A stretch of 64,000 bases of DNA from Lachnospiraceae bacterium (GTDB lineage: Bacteria; Bacillota_I; Bacilli_A; Erysipelotrichales; Erysipelotrichaceae). The stretch covers positions 45,020 to 109,019 of the forward strand of contig CAVAZS010000001.1 of the NCBI GenBank assembly GCA_963593385.1, written 5' to 3'. The position numbers and the translations under genes were made by a program. Of this stretch, positions 31,827-41,826 are shown in pieces. Numbering within the stretch: position 1 is the first letter of the stretch; every line of letters begins with the position of its first letter. The notes under the pieces were generated by a model. The model searched no databases and was not told the DNA's origin. It saw only the letters and a list, made by a program, of their open reading frames with translations.

Positions 31827-31859
31827 AAAAGTACGATATCATCATGGTATCGTACTTTT
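31827..31859. terminator. Bidirectional terminator between purA and the HAD gene
   Basis: AAAAGTACGATA...TATCGTACTTTT stem. Confidence 0.75.
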
Positions 31860-31866
31860 CTTATAC

Positions 31867-32706
31867 TTAGATTAGCTTTAAATATTTAAATGCTTTATAT
31901 AAGCCATCATGATTTACATCATCTGTTATATAATCTGCTGCTTCTTTAATTTCTTTACCACCATTTCCCATCGCAACATTAAATCCACAACATTCAAACA
32001 TAGATAAATCTATTTTGGCATCCCCAAAAGATATCGTATCTTCTTTAGAAACATGTAAGTAATCTAATAATACTTCAATAGCTGTTCTTTTAGTAATTCC
32101 TGTTGGTCCTAAATCACCAAATAAAGCTTCTTCATTTTTACCACCCCAAGTATTAGCGACCAAATGACTAAATTCTTTCTTAGAATCTAAATGATCTTGA
32201 TAGCTACTTAAGATGAAACTAATTTTATTCACATCATCACGATAAAGTTCATCTCCTTTTAAAAGGATAAAGTTAGAGACAAATGTATTACTTTTTGTTG
32301 TTGCTTCAGAAACATTAGCACCTTTACCTAAAGCATATTTACGCATAGTACTGGGTCCTTGTTCTAACATATAGTCATTGCAATACATACCACTATTACT
32401 TTCTAGATAAAAACCTAATTTTCTATCATTGCACCAATCCACAATCTTTTTTACATCTTCTTTGGATAATCCTTGATGTAGGATGACTTTATTATCACTT
32501 TCTACATATGCTCCATTACCACCAATCATGCCATCTAAATCACATAAATTTCTTTTTAAGATTTCCGCTTTAGAGCATCCTGTACAAATATAAACTTTAT
32601 GACCATTTTCTCTTGCCTTTGTAACAGCTATACCAGCACTTTTTGGCATCTTTGCATTGTAATCTATTAATGTTCCATCAACATCTAAAAATATAACTTT
32701 ACTCAT
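31867..32706 (-). CDS. Cof-type HAD-IIB hydrolase
   Basis: DVDGTL motif I, FGDAKIDLSM, AMGNG; start MSKVIF at 32706. Confidence 0.88.
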   Translation of the reverse strand: MSKVIFLDVDGTLIDYNAKMPKSAGIAVTKARENGHKVYICTGCSKAEILKRNLCDLDGMIGGNGAYVESDNKVILHQGLSKEDVKKIVDWCNDRKLGFYLESNSGMYCNDYMLEQGPSTMRKYALGKGANVSEATTKSNTFVSNFILLKGDELYRDDVNKISFILSSYQDHLDSKKEFSHLVANTWGGKNEEALFGDLGPTGITKRTAIEVLLDYLHVSKEDTISFGDAKIDLSMFECCGFNVAMGNGGKEIKEAADYITDDVNHDGLYKAFKYLKLI

Positions 32707-32721
32707 AACTTCCCTTTCCAT

Positions 32722-32757
32722 AAAAAAACTTCCATATGAATCATCATATAGAAGTTT
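32722..32757 (-). terminator. Terminator after the amidohydrolase pair
   Basis: AAACTTCCATATGA...TCATATAGAAGTTT stem followed by a T-run on the minus strand. Confidence 0.65.
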
Positions 32758-32768
32758 AATTTCGTCAA

Positions 32769-33920
32769 TTATTTAACTTGTTCGCCATTTATGACTACAT
32801 GAACACATTCACTTTCTACAGTAAATGGATCACCATCATAAATAATGACATCGGCATCTTTACCTACTTCTAAAGAACCAACTCTATCTTCGATACCAAT
32901 ATGGTGAGCAGGATTAATTGTGATAGCTTTTAATGCTTCATATGGATCCATACCAGCTTTAACCGCAAGACCTGCACATAGTGGTAAATATTGAAGTGGT
33001 GTTACAGGAGCATCTGTAATAATAGATACATGACATCCTGCTTTAGATAATACTGCTGGAGTTGTCCAAGATTTATTTTGAAGTTCAAACTTACTAGCAT
33101 GAGTTAGAGTTGGACCAACAGCCATAGGTACTTCATCTTTGTATTTAGCTAAGATATCTGCAATTAAATGTCCTTCTGTAGTATGTTCAAGAGTTAATTT
33201 TAAATTAAATTCTTTAGCAAGACGAATTGCAGTTAAAATATCATTTGCTTGGTGAGCATGTATTTTTAGAGGAATTTCTCTATTTAATACAGGAATCATA
33301 GCTTCACACTTCATATCATATGCAGGCATCTTTGTCACATCGCCATTTGCAGCATCTTTTCTAGCCTTGTAATCTTTTGCCTTGAAAACCATTTCACGTA
33401 AATGAGCTGCAGTAGACATACGAGCAAAGTTACCTTTGTCTTTATAGCAACGTTTAGGATTTTCACCTAATGCACATTTCATGGCAATAGGATCTTTAAC
33501 AATCATGTCATCAACGCATTTACCGACTGTTTTTACAGCAATCCAAGTTCCACCAATCGCATTAGAACTTCCTTGTCCTGTCGCAACACATGTAATACCT
33601 GCATCACGAGCTTGTGCTACTGTAGGATCTAATGGATTAAAGCTATCAATAGAACGAAGTTGAGGTGTACAAATATCATTCATTTCGTTGTAGTCAGCAC
33701 CTTCAAAACCAATACCATAACCATCTAGTCCTAAATGACTATGTGCATCAATAAATCCTGGATAAACATTCTTACCTTCAGCATCAAGAACTGTTACATC
33801 ACTTGGTGCATCAACGTGTTCACCAATCGCTACAATTTTTGAACCATCACATAATACTTCACCCATGTAAGGCTCTTTGTTTACTAAATCATGAATCAAA
33901 CCGTTTTTAATCAACAACAT
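32769..33920 (-). CDS. Metal-dependent amidohydrolase (paralog 2)
   Basis: PGFIDAHSH, KCALGENP, HAHQAND, ITINPA, GSLEVGKDAD. Confidence 0.9.
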   Translation of the reverse strand: MLLIKNGLIHDLVNKEPYMGEVLCDGSKIVAIGEHVDAPSDVTVLDAEGKNVYPGFIDAHSHLGLDGYGIGFEGADYNEMNDICTPQLRSIDSFNPLDPTVAQARDAGITCVATGQGSSNAIGGTWIAVKTVGKCVDDMIVKDPIAMKCALGENPKRCYKDKGNFARMSTAAHLREMVFKAKDYKARKDAANGDVTKMPAYDMKCEAMIPVLNREIPLKIHAHQANDILTAIRLAKEFNLKLTLEHTTEGHLIADILAKYKDEVPMAVGPTLTHASKFELQNKSWTTPAVLSKAGCHVSIITDAPVTPLQYLPLCAGLAVKAGMDPYEALKAITINPAHHIGIEDRVGSLEVGKDADVIIYDGDPFTVESECVHVVINGEQVK

Positions 33921-33934
33921 ATTTACTTTCCTCC

Positions 33935-35080
33935 CTAAATTTCATTGCCGTTAATCACTACATATTTAACATTAGATGAGCTTTCTAGTGGATTACCTTC
34001 ATATACCACTAAATCTGCATCTTTACCCTTTTCAAGTGAACCTACTCTATCACTAATTCCTAAATGTTTTGCAGGATTAACCGTGATAGCTTTTAAGGCA
34101 TCATATTCTTTCATTCCTGCTTTTACTGCCATTCCTGCATACATTGGCAAATAGCTTTCTAAAGCAAATGGATGATCCGTAATAATAGAAACTTGACATC
34201 CTAAATTAGCTAAAACACCTGGAGTAGTCCAAGATATATTTCTTAACTCAAACTTACTAGCATGAGATAATGTTGGACCTACTGCCATAGGATATTCATC
34301 TTTATATCTAGCTAATATATCCGCAATCAAATGTCCTTCTGTAACATGTTCTAATGTAAGTTTTACATCAAATTCTTTCGCTATACGAATTGCGTCTAAA
34401 ATATCATTTGCTTGATGTGCGTGGGCTTTTAATGGAATTTCTTTATGAATTACAGGTAATAAAGCTTCCATCTTAATATCATATGGAGGCATCTTTGTAA
34501 TATCCCCATTAGCAGCTTGTTTCTTTGCATCATATTGTTTTGCCTTAAATAGCATTTCTCTTAAATGAGCTGAAGTAGACATACGTGCTGAATTACCTTT
34601 TGTACGATAACATCTCTTTGGGTTTTCACCAAAAGCACATTTCATCGCTACAGGATTTTTAACGATCATGTCATCAACACATCTTCCAATGGTTTTCACC
34701 GCAATCCAAGTACCACCTAATGCATTAGCACTACCTGGTCCACTTGCTACTGTAGTAATACCAGCTAAAGCAGCTTCTTTTAATGAAGGATCAAATGGAT
34801 TAAATGCATCAATCGCTCTCATTTGAGGACAAACAATATCATTTATTTCGTTATAATCTGTTCCTTCAAAACCAATACCAGTTCCTGCTAAACCAATGTG
34901 GCTATGTGCATCAATAAAGCCAGGATAAACATTTAAATTACTTGCATCAATTACTTTCGCATCATAATTTACTTCATCAGTTGTAATCTCTTTAATCTTT
35001 TGATCTTCAACTACAATACTAGCGACATATGGTTTTTCATTAACCATATCATGAACTAAACCGTTTTTAATTACTAACAT
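33935..35080 (-). CDS. Metal-dependent amidohydrolase (paralog 1)
   Basis: PGFIDAHSH, KCAFGENP, HAHQAND, ITVNPA, GSLEKGKDAD. Confidence 0.9.
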   Translation of the reverse strand: MLVIKNGLVHDMVNEKPYVASIVVEDQKIKEITTDEVNYDAKVIDASNLNVYPGFIDAHSHIGLAGTGIGFEGTDYNEINDIVCPQMRAIDAFNPFDPSLKEAALAGITTVASGPGSANALGGTWIAVKTIGRCVDDMIVKNPVAMKCAFGENPKRCYRTKGNSARMSTSAHLREMLFKAKQYDAKKQAANGDITKMPPYDIKMEALLPVIHKEIPLKAHAHQANDILDAIRIAKEFDVKLTLEHVTEGHLIADILARYKDEYPMAVGPTLSHASKFELRNISWTTPGVLANLGCQVSIITDHPFALESYLPMYAGMAVKAGMKEYDALKAITVNPAKHLGISDRVGSLEKGKDADLVVYEGNPLESSSNVKYVVINGNEI

Positions 35081-35083
35081 ACT

Positions 35084-35887
35084 TTAATCTTCTTTCATCG
35101 CAATAAAATCTATTACATCTTGATTTGTTGGCACTTCAAACATTTCAGGAACTTTATAACAACTACTTATCTCCCCATCTTTCATCAAATAAGCATTATC
35201 ACAAAGCTTCTTTACTAATTCTATATCATGAGAAACAAAAATAACGCTCATCTTTGTTTCTTGTTTATATTTTAAAATCATTTCAATCATTTCTTGTGTA
35301 CTAATCTCATCTAATGCTGTAAATGGTTCATCACATAGTAAGATATTTGGTTTATGCATTAAAGCTAATGCAATCATAATCTTTTGTAATGTACCACCAG
35401 ATAGTTGCATTGGATAACTCTTAAGCACTTTAGATGGATCTTGTACATGAAATTCATTCAGTAAATCTAGAGCATGTGCTTTTCTTTTAAGTAAAGGTAT
35501 ATCTTTAGGAAGAGCTTCATATATTTGTTTTGATATCTTCATTGTAGGATCAAAATAAGAAGTAGGATTTTGAAAAATCATTGCGATTTCTTTTCCTCTT
35601 ATCTCTTTCATGCGATTTTGATATTCATAAAAATCTATATCTTTTCTTTCTGTAATATCTTTTCCTTTATATAAAATTTGCCCTTCTTCAATTGTTCCTT
35701 CTTGAAGTAAAAGTCCCATGATAGCTTTTAAGACAGTAGACTTACCTGAAGCATTATACCCAACAATACCTGTTATCTCATTTTCATACAATTCAAAGGA
35801 AACAGCACGATTAGCTTTAACCGTGCCTTCCTCATTTTCATATTGAATTGTAAGATTTTTAACTTCTAAAATTGGATATTCTTTCAT
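35084..35887 (-). CDS. Short OppD-like ABC ATPase lacking the C-terminal HPY/Cys domain
   Basis: GYNASGKS, AMIFQNP, LSGGTLQK, LCDEPFTALD, SHD. Confidence 0.85.
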   Translation of the reverse strand: MKEYPILEVKNLTIQYENEEGTVKANRAVSFELYENEITGIVGYNASGKSTVLKAIMGLLLQEGTIEEGQILYKGKDITERKDIDFYEYQNRMKEIRGKEIAMIFQNPTSYFDPTMKISKQIYEALPKDIPLLKRKAHALDLLNEFHVQDPSKVLKSYPMQLSGGTLQKIMIALALMHKPNILLCDEPFTALDEISTQEMIEMILKYKQETKMSVIFVSHDIELVKKLCDNAYLMKDGEISSCYKVPEMFEVPTNQDVIDFIAMKED

Positions 35888-36831
35888 TAGTGACGCTTCT
35901 TTGGATCTAGTGCTTGGTTTAGACCATCACCAATAAAGTTTAGAGATAACATTGTTAAACAGATAGCAGCTACTGGCCAAATCATTTGGATTGGTTGCGT
36001 AGCGATTAATGAACGAGCTTCATTTGCTAGAGTACCCCAAGAAGCTTGTGGAATACTAATACCAATACCAACGAATGATAAGAATGCTTCTGTAAAGATA
36101 GCACTTGGTACCATAAGTGTTGTATTAACAATGATAGGTCCCATAGAGTTTTTAATTAAGTGTTTAAATAAGATTCTCTTGTCACTTGCTCCAATAACGC
36201 GTGCTGCTAAAGCATATTCTTGTTGTTTTTGAGCCATTACTTGAGCACGTACTTGTCTAGCTAAACCTACCCAAGAACTAATACAAATTGCAAGTAATAC
36301 AGAGAATACGTTAGAACCAAATACAAGCATAATTAAGATTACATATAGTAATGTTGGTACAGAATAAATAATATCTACAAGTCTCATTAAAATCATATCA
36401 AGCTTGCCACCAACATAGCCACAAATTCCACCCCAAACTACACCAATACATAGATTGATAAGTGCTGCCGCAAATCCTACAGCAAGTGAAATACGTCCAC
36501 CATACATAACTCTGACAAATAAGTCTCTACCAAATTTATCTGTACCAAACCAATGCTCAGCACATGGTAATAAGTTACGATTTGTTAAATCTTGTCCATC
36601 ATATGTATATTTAGAAAACATTGGTCCAAATACAGCAAAGATAATCATAATAACTAAGAAGATTAAACCAGCTACAGCTAATTTATTTTTCTTAAATTGA
36701 AACCAGACATCTTGGAAATATGTCTTAGATTTCATTGCAATAAATTCATTATTCTTTTCATCTTCAGGAAGTTTATCAAAAGCATCAGCTGGTAATACTT
36801 TGTTCATTTCTTCAACATTCATTTCTGACAT
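35887..36831 (-). CDS. oppC: Oligopeptide ABC permease OppC
   Basis: HWFGTDKFGRD, ARQVRAQ, EAFLSFVGIG. Confidence 0.92.
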   Translation of the reverse strand: MSEMNVEEMNKVLPADAFDKLPEDEKNNEFIAMKSKTYFQDVWFQFKKNKLAVAGLIFLVIMIIFAVFGPMFSKYTYDGQDLTNRNLLPCAEHWFGTDKFGRDLFVRVMYGGRISLAVGFAAALINLCIGVVWGGICGYVGGKLDMILMRLVDIIYSVPTLLYVILIMLVFGSNVFSVLLAICISSWVGLARQVRAQVMAQKQQEYALAARVIGASDKRILFKHLIKNSMGPIIVNTTLMVPSAIFTEAFLSFVGIGISIPQASWGTLANEARSLIATQPIQMIWPVAAICLTMLSLNFIGDGLNQALDPKKRH

Positions 36832-36845
36832 TTTCTTATCCTCCC

Positions 36846-37766
36846 TTATTTCAAACGAATACGTGGATCAATCATCGCACTAATAACATCAGTTAAGATA
36901 TTTGCAATAATAACAATCGATCCATAAATAATAGTTAAAGCCATAATTAATGTATAGTCACGGTTACTTACACTACCAACAAATTCTGCACCAATGCCTG
37001 GAATAGAGAACATAGATTCAACAACGAATGAACCTGTTAATAATGAAGCTAGTAATGGACCAGCATAAGTAATTACAGGAATAATCGCATTTTTTAATGC
37101 ATGTTTAAATACAGCTTTTGAGTATCCAGTACCTTTAGATAAAGCAAGAATCATATAATCTTGTCTTAATTCTTCTGTTAAGGAACTCTTAGTTAAACGA
37201 GATATCATCGCAATTGGTGATAAAGCTAAGGCAATTGAAGGCATGATATAACTTTGAGGTGAATTCAAACCGATAATAGGTAATACTTTTAGCCATACAC
37301 CAAATAAATACATTAAGAATAAAGCAAATAAGAAGCTAGGTACACTAACACCAATTGTTGCGACAAATGCTGTAATACCTTGTACCCATTTCTTTTTAGA
37401 GAAAGCAGATACTGAACCTAAGCCTACCCCAACAATTAATGCTACACAGAACGCACAAGCACCAAGTTTAGCTGTATAAGGAAGACCTCTTGTGATAATG
37501 TCCATAACGTATTGTCCTTTACGAACAAGTGATGTACCAAAGTCACCTCTTACAACATTCTTTAAGTAGCTAACAAATTGTACAAGAATTGGTTGATCCA
37601 ATTGATAATGCTGAATCATTAATTCCTTAACATTTGCAGGTAGCTTATCCATTTCACCACCAAATGGTGAACCTGGAATGCTGTGCATCAAGAAAAATGT
37701 GATTGCCATTAAGGCAAATAACGTTACTGCACCATATAACAAACGTTTTATTACATACTTTAACAT
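36846..37766 (-). CDS. oppB: Oligopeptide ABC permease OppB
   Basis: YVIKRLL, GDFGTSL, KHALKNAIIP, PGIG, DPRIR. Confidence 0.92.
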   Translation of the reverse strand: MLKYVIKRLLYGAVTLFALMAITFFLMHSIPGSPFGGEMDKLPANVKELMIQHYQLDQPILVQFVSYLKNVVRGDFGTSLVRKGQYVMDIITRGLPYTAKLGACAFCVALIVGVGLGSVSAFSKKKWVQGITAFVATIGVSVPSFLFALFLMYLFGVWLKVLPIIGLNSPQSYIMPSIALALSPIAMISRLTKSSLTEELRQDYMILALSKGTGYSKAVFKHALKNAIIPVITYAGPLLASLLTGSFVVESMFSIPGIGAEFVGSVSNRDYTLIMALTIIYGSIVIIANILTDVISAMIDPRIRLK

Positions 37767-37785
37767 ACTGTTTTCCCCCTTTTTA

Positions 37786-39753
37786 TTAACCTAAATATTG
37801 ATCAAACCAATCTTTCATTTCCTTCAAACGACGAACACGATGTTTTGGTTTTCCACTCCTAGATAAACTATGATTTTCTCCTTCAAATACAACCATCTTA
37901 CTTGGCACATGGAAATATTTCATTGCAGTAAACATTTCCACACCTTGATTAATTGGACAGTTGTAGTCACATAACGAATGAATAAATAAAATTGGTGTTT
38001 TTGCATTACATGCATATTTTAGTGGACTTTGATCCCACATCTTAGTCATATCAGACCAAGGTGTAGCACCCATCTCATTTGAATCAAAAGTTACACCAAT
38101 TTCACTAGTACCAAAATCAGATACCCAGTTACTTACAGACCTTTGTGAAGCAATAGCACTGAATCTATCCGTATTACCTTCAATCCAATTACACATGAAA
38201 CCACCATAACTTCCACCTAAGCATCCAATTCTTTTAGGATCAATTTGCTTAAATGTATTGAGTACATGATCTGTAAAATCCATTAAATCTTCAAAGTCGA
38301 TTGTGCCATATTTTCCTCGAATATCTGCATATTCTTCTCCATATCCTTCACTACCTCTAGGATTTGTAAAGAATACAAAGTATCCATTTGATGCGAGTAC
38401 TTGCATTTCATGGAAGAAGCTCGTTCCATATGCACATCTTGGTCCACCATGTATTTCTAATAAACCAGGATATTTCTTCTTTGGATTATAATCTTTTGGT
38501 TTCAATACCCATCCATCAATTTCTTGCCCAGCACGATTTTTGAATGGAATATATTCAGCTTTAGCAATATATTTGTTTTTGAATAGTTCCGTATTGAGTG
38601 CATGGCAAGAAGTTGCCTTAGCTTCTTCTACTTTATAAATTGCGTTACATTCATTAGCCTTTGAAGCAATCATGACTAGATGTTTCTTATCTACATCAAA
38701 TGACGCAATACAACCATCAAAATCAAATACTTTTGTAAACTTATTCTTTTTATCTAATTTATAAATGAAGTTTTGATAATGAATCATAACTTTTAGATAG
38801 ATATCATTACCAACACATATGATATTATGACCACCTGCTTGTAATGTATCGCATAATGGTGTATCACCAATCGCAACTTCTTCATGATTTTCAAATATCA
38901 ATGTTCTTGTTTTATTTTCAATATCATAACGATAAATCTTTTCTAATTCACCACTACCCCATTTTTTCATATCAGTAGCAGTAAAGATGACATCGTTTTT
39001 GTTCAAAACAACCTCACCTATTTTTTCTTTCCCTTGTTTAACAATAACTTTTTTCTTTTTAGAAGAAATATCATAAATTGTTAAACTTGATGTCATTGGA
39101 AACAAATCATCATATGTTCTAGATACATAAACAATCTTATTTTGATCTACAACATAACTAGATACATTTGTATATTTCTCAGTGATTCTTAAGAGAGACT
39201 CATCTAATTCATTAAAGAGATATAGAGCACTTCTTTTACCTGAGATAAAACCTCTTCCATTTCCCCAAAATGGGACTTCTTCAAAAATATGATAATCTTT
39301 TTGTTCTTCACAATATTCTTTTGATTCTTTTTTTGGATCAGGTTCGTTCCAATCAACTAATGCCTTAATAACATATAAATTCTTACTCGCTTTTTCTATA
39401 CCTATTACATTAAGTGGTATTTCAAATGCGCGATAAGCTTCACCACCATTTAACGGTAAGCGATAGAAAACTATTTTATGCGTAAACGACTCTTCTTGGT
39501 CTTCTTTAGAACGATTAGCTGAAAATAATAATGTATTTTCATCGTCATAAATAAAACCACTCGATTTACCATCGTGAGTAAGTTGCACATACTCATTTGT
39601 ATCTAAATCCATATAATAAATATCTTTTTCATATGAATTTTCTTTTAGATTAGGAGTTGTTACAACATAACTTACATGTTTTTGATCAGGACTTAGTTGA
39701 ATATTGCTTGCGAATTGAATCTTAGCAATATCTTCTAAGGTAATTTTCTCCAT
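37786..39753 (-). CDS. S9 family peptidase (acylaminoacyl-peptidase/DPP-like)
   Basis: Beta-propeller N-terminus, IHGGP, GGSYGG nucleophile, ENHSLSR His; start MEKITL at 39753. Confidence 0.92.
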   Translation of the reverse strand: MEKITLEDIAKIQFASNIQLSPDQKHVSYVVTTPNLKENSYEKDIYYMDLDTNEYVQLTHDGKSSGFIYDDENTLLFSANRSKEDQEESFTHKIVFYRLPLNGGEAYRAFEIPLNVIGIEKASKNLYVIKALVDWNEPDPKKESKEYCEEQKDYHIFEEVPFWGNGRGFISGKRSALYLFNELDESLLRITEKYTNVSSYVVDQNKIVYVSRTYDDLFPMTSSLTIYDISSKKKKVIVKQGKEKIGEVVLNKNDVIFTATDMKKWGSGELEKIYRYDIENKTRTLIFENHEEVAIGDTPLCDTLQAGGHNIICVGNDIYLKVMIHYQNFIYKLDKKNKFTKVFDFDGCIASFDVDKKHLVMIASKANECNAIYKVEEAKATSCHALNTELFKNKYIAKAEYIPFKNRAGQEIDGWVLKPKDYNPKKKYPGLLEIHGGPRCAYGTSFFHEMQVLASNGYFVFFTNPRGSEGYGEEYADIRGKYGTIDFEDLMDFTDHVLNTFKQIDPKRIGCLGGSYGGFMCNWIEGNTDRFSAIASQRSVSNWVSDFGTSEIGVTFDSNEMGATPWSDMTKMWDQSPLKYACNAKTPILFIHSLCDYNCPINQGVEMFTAMKYFHVPSKMVVFEGENHSLSRSGKPKHRVRRLKEMKDWFDQYLG

Positions 39754-39786
39754 TTTTATCTCCCCCTGAGTGTCTCTTAACAAACA

Positions 39787-39816
39787 CTGAGAGGTCGTCC
39801 AAGACGACCCTCTCAG
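39787..39816 (-). terminator. GC-rich hairpin after oppA (partial terminator or mRNA stabiliser)
   Basis: CTGAGAGGTCGTC-caa-GACGACCCTCTCAG, followed on the minus strand by a weak TGTTTGTT tract. Confidence 0.65.
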
Positions 39817-39837
39817 CTATTTTACAACAAATTTTAA

Positions 39838-41529
39838 CTAATCTTTAGTACATTGGCTAAAGTATGGCATTGTTCCATGTAGTTCATATCCAGATAGACT
39901 AGAGTTAACTAGAGCAGGAGATGAGAATTGGAATAATGGGAATTCTTTAAATTGTTCTTGGATTAGGTAATCTTCAGCATCATGTAATGCTTCAGCAAAT
40001 TCTGTTGGATCAACGATGTATTTAGCATCATCAATCATTTGATCATATGTAGGATCATTTACTGAATCATATACTAAGTTAGCTGATGTCCAGTTCTTTA
40101 AGAAGTTCATTGGAGAAGCACTAGCTTGTAAGCCATAACGTCCAATTTGGAAATCACCTTGATCTAATTGATCATAGTAAACACCAGATTCAACTGCATC
40201 GAAGTCAACTTCTACACATCCTAGTTCCTTCCACATAGATTGAAGCATTGTAGCTACATCTTCATGGATACTGTTCTTAGAATATTTATATGTGAACTTT
40301 AATGGATTTTCTTCTGTATAACCAGCAGCAGCTAATAGTTCTTTAGCTTCTTCAGGGTTGTATGAAGAATCATAACCTTCAGCATCTCTTTCTTCACGGA
40401 AGTCACCACTTACGCCATATAGACCAAATGGAACATAACCATCTAGAATTGGATAAATTTCTTCACCACCAACAACATCTACAAGAGCTTCTTTATCAAT
40501 AGCTTCATATAGAGCTTTACGAACGTTAACATCCTTTAAGAAATCAGGACCACTTTCACCACAGTTTAGAACTAGAGAATATGCACTAGGATATGTTAAT
40601 ACCCATAGGTTGTCTGTTCCTTTGAAGCTTAAAGCTGTAGAAACAGAAACACTTAACGCAACATCTACGTCACCTGTTTGGAATGCAGCATATTGAGCAT
40701 CAACATCTGGCATTACTTGGTAAGTAATTTGTTCCATTGTTACTTCTTCAGGAGCATAGTATGTATCAGACTTAACAAGAACTGCTTTGTCGTTTAGTGA
40801 GAATTCTGTTAATTCATATTGACCACATGTAGCATAGCCAAGTTCTGTTGACCAATCCGATTTATGTTGAGGAGTATCAAGTGGTAATGGAGACCATACA
40901 CCACCACCAGCAACTGTTGTTAAGAAATAAGGTACTGGATAGTTAAGTGTTAATACTAATGTGTAATCATCAGTAGCTTCAATACCAACTGAACTATGAT
41001 CTTCTGTAGTACAATCGAATGATTCACCTACTGTATAAGCATTTGTTGAATATTCTTCAGCACCTTTGATCATTTGTTGCATATCGTTTACACGGAATGC
41101 ATTGTCAACACCATAAGATAGAGCTCTTAAATAAGCATATACATAGTTTTCTGCTGTGATTGGAGTACCATCAGTGAATGTAGCATCTTGTCTTAAATGG
41201 AATGTCCAAGTTAAACCATCTTCACTTGTTTCAGAACTTTCTGCTAATGCATAGCTTGTTGAGCTATCAGCTTCAACTTTTGTTAAGCCCTGATAAATTG
41301 ATCCAATAACATATGCGTTATATAGAGTAGTACTTAGTGCAGGATCTAAAGTATCAAATTGTGCGCCAATAGCAACAACCATTGATGAACTTCCTGTACT
41401 TGCGCTTGAATCTGCTGTTGTAGTTCCTGCTGTTGTAGTAGAAGTATCAGTAGATGCTGAGCTACCTCCACAACCAACTAAACCAAGAGCCATAACACCA
41501 GAAAGTAAATAACCTAAACTTTTCTTCAT
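39838..41529 (-). CDS. oppA: Oligopeptide-binding lipoprotein OppA (paralog 1)
   Basis: LVGC lipobox, Ser/Thr linker, TLDPA, SEDGLTWTFHLR family-5 SBP motif. Confidence 0.92.
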   Translation of the reverse strand: MKKSLGYLLSGVMALGLVGCGGSSASTDTSTTTAGTTTADSSASTGSSSMVVAIGAQFDTLDPALSTTLYNAYVIGSIYQGLTKVEADSSTSYALAESSETSEDGLTWTFHLRQDATFTDGTPITAENYVYAYLRALSYGVDNAFRVNDMQQMIKGAEEYSTNAYTVGESFDCTTEDHSSVGIEATDDYTLVLTLNYPVPYFLTTVAGGGVWSPLPLDTPQHKSDWSTELGYATCGQYELTEFSLNDKAVLVKSDTYYAPEEVTMEQITYQVMPDVDAQYAAFQTGDVDVALSVSVSTALSFKGTDNLWVLTYPSAYSLVLNCGESGPDFLKDVNVRKALYEAIDKEALVDVVGGEEIYPILDGYVPFGLYGVSGDFREERDAEGYDSSYNPEEAKELLAAAGYTEENPLKFTYKYSKNSIHEDVATMLQSMWKELGCVEVDFDAVESGVYYDQLDQGDFQIGRYGLQASASPMNFLKNWTSANLVYDSVNDPTYDQMIDDAKYIVDPTEFAEALHDAEDYLIQEQFKEFPLFQFSSPALVNSSLSGYELHGTMPYFSQCTKD

Positions 41530-41558
41530 GGAATTTCCCCCTTTAAGTTATGAAAATT

Positions 41559-41587
41559 ATATTATTCACTTTGAAAACATCTGTCAA
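41559..41587 (-). promoter_or_regulatory. Promoter of oppA paralog 1
   Basis: TTGACA-17-TAATAT on the minus strand. Confidence 0.55.
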
Positions 41588-41588
41588 T

Positions 41589-41603
41589 ATTTTTCAGCAA
41601 ATA
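41589..41603. promoter_or_regulatory. CodY-box-like site next to the oppA1 -35 box
   Basis: ATTTTTCAGCAAATA, 12/15 match to AATTTTCWGAAAATT; AT-rich background lowers significance. Confidence 0.4.
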
Positions 41604-41761
41604 TTTTTGATTATTTTACATTTATATTTCATTTTCTTTCATAAATATTTTCATTGCTATCATTTTCACAAAATTAAAGAAAGAAAATTATTAAAAATAT
41701 GCCCTTAAATTCTTTAAAATTAAAATATTTCCCCTTCCAATCAATAAATCATTCTCAAATA

Positions 41762-41813
41762 AAAAGAATCCTTGAATACCATTCTTTATAAATGAATATT
41801 CTCAGATTCTTTT
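41762..41813 (-). terminator. Long hairpin terminator after oppA paralog 2
   Basis: AAAAGAATC...GATTCTTTT outer stem with an interrupted inner stem. Confidence 0.6.
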
Positions 41814-41826
41814 CAATTAAACTTTA

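Noticed and set aside
31832..31853. GATATCAT-C-ATGGTATC resembling the SPFH-Arc operator
   Set aside because: It is the stem of a terminator between convergent genes, not a promoter region; probably coincidence
41530..41826. Possible CRISPR array or sRNA in the long oppA-oppA spacer
   Set aside because: No regular repeat-spacer pattern; explained by a terminator, a promoter and AT-rich regulatory sequence
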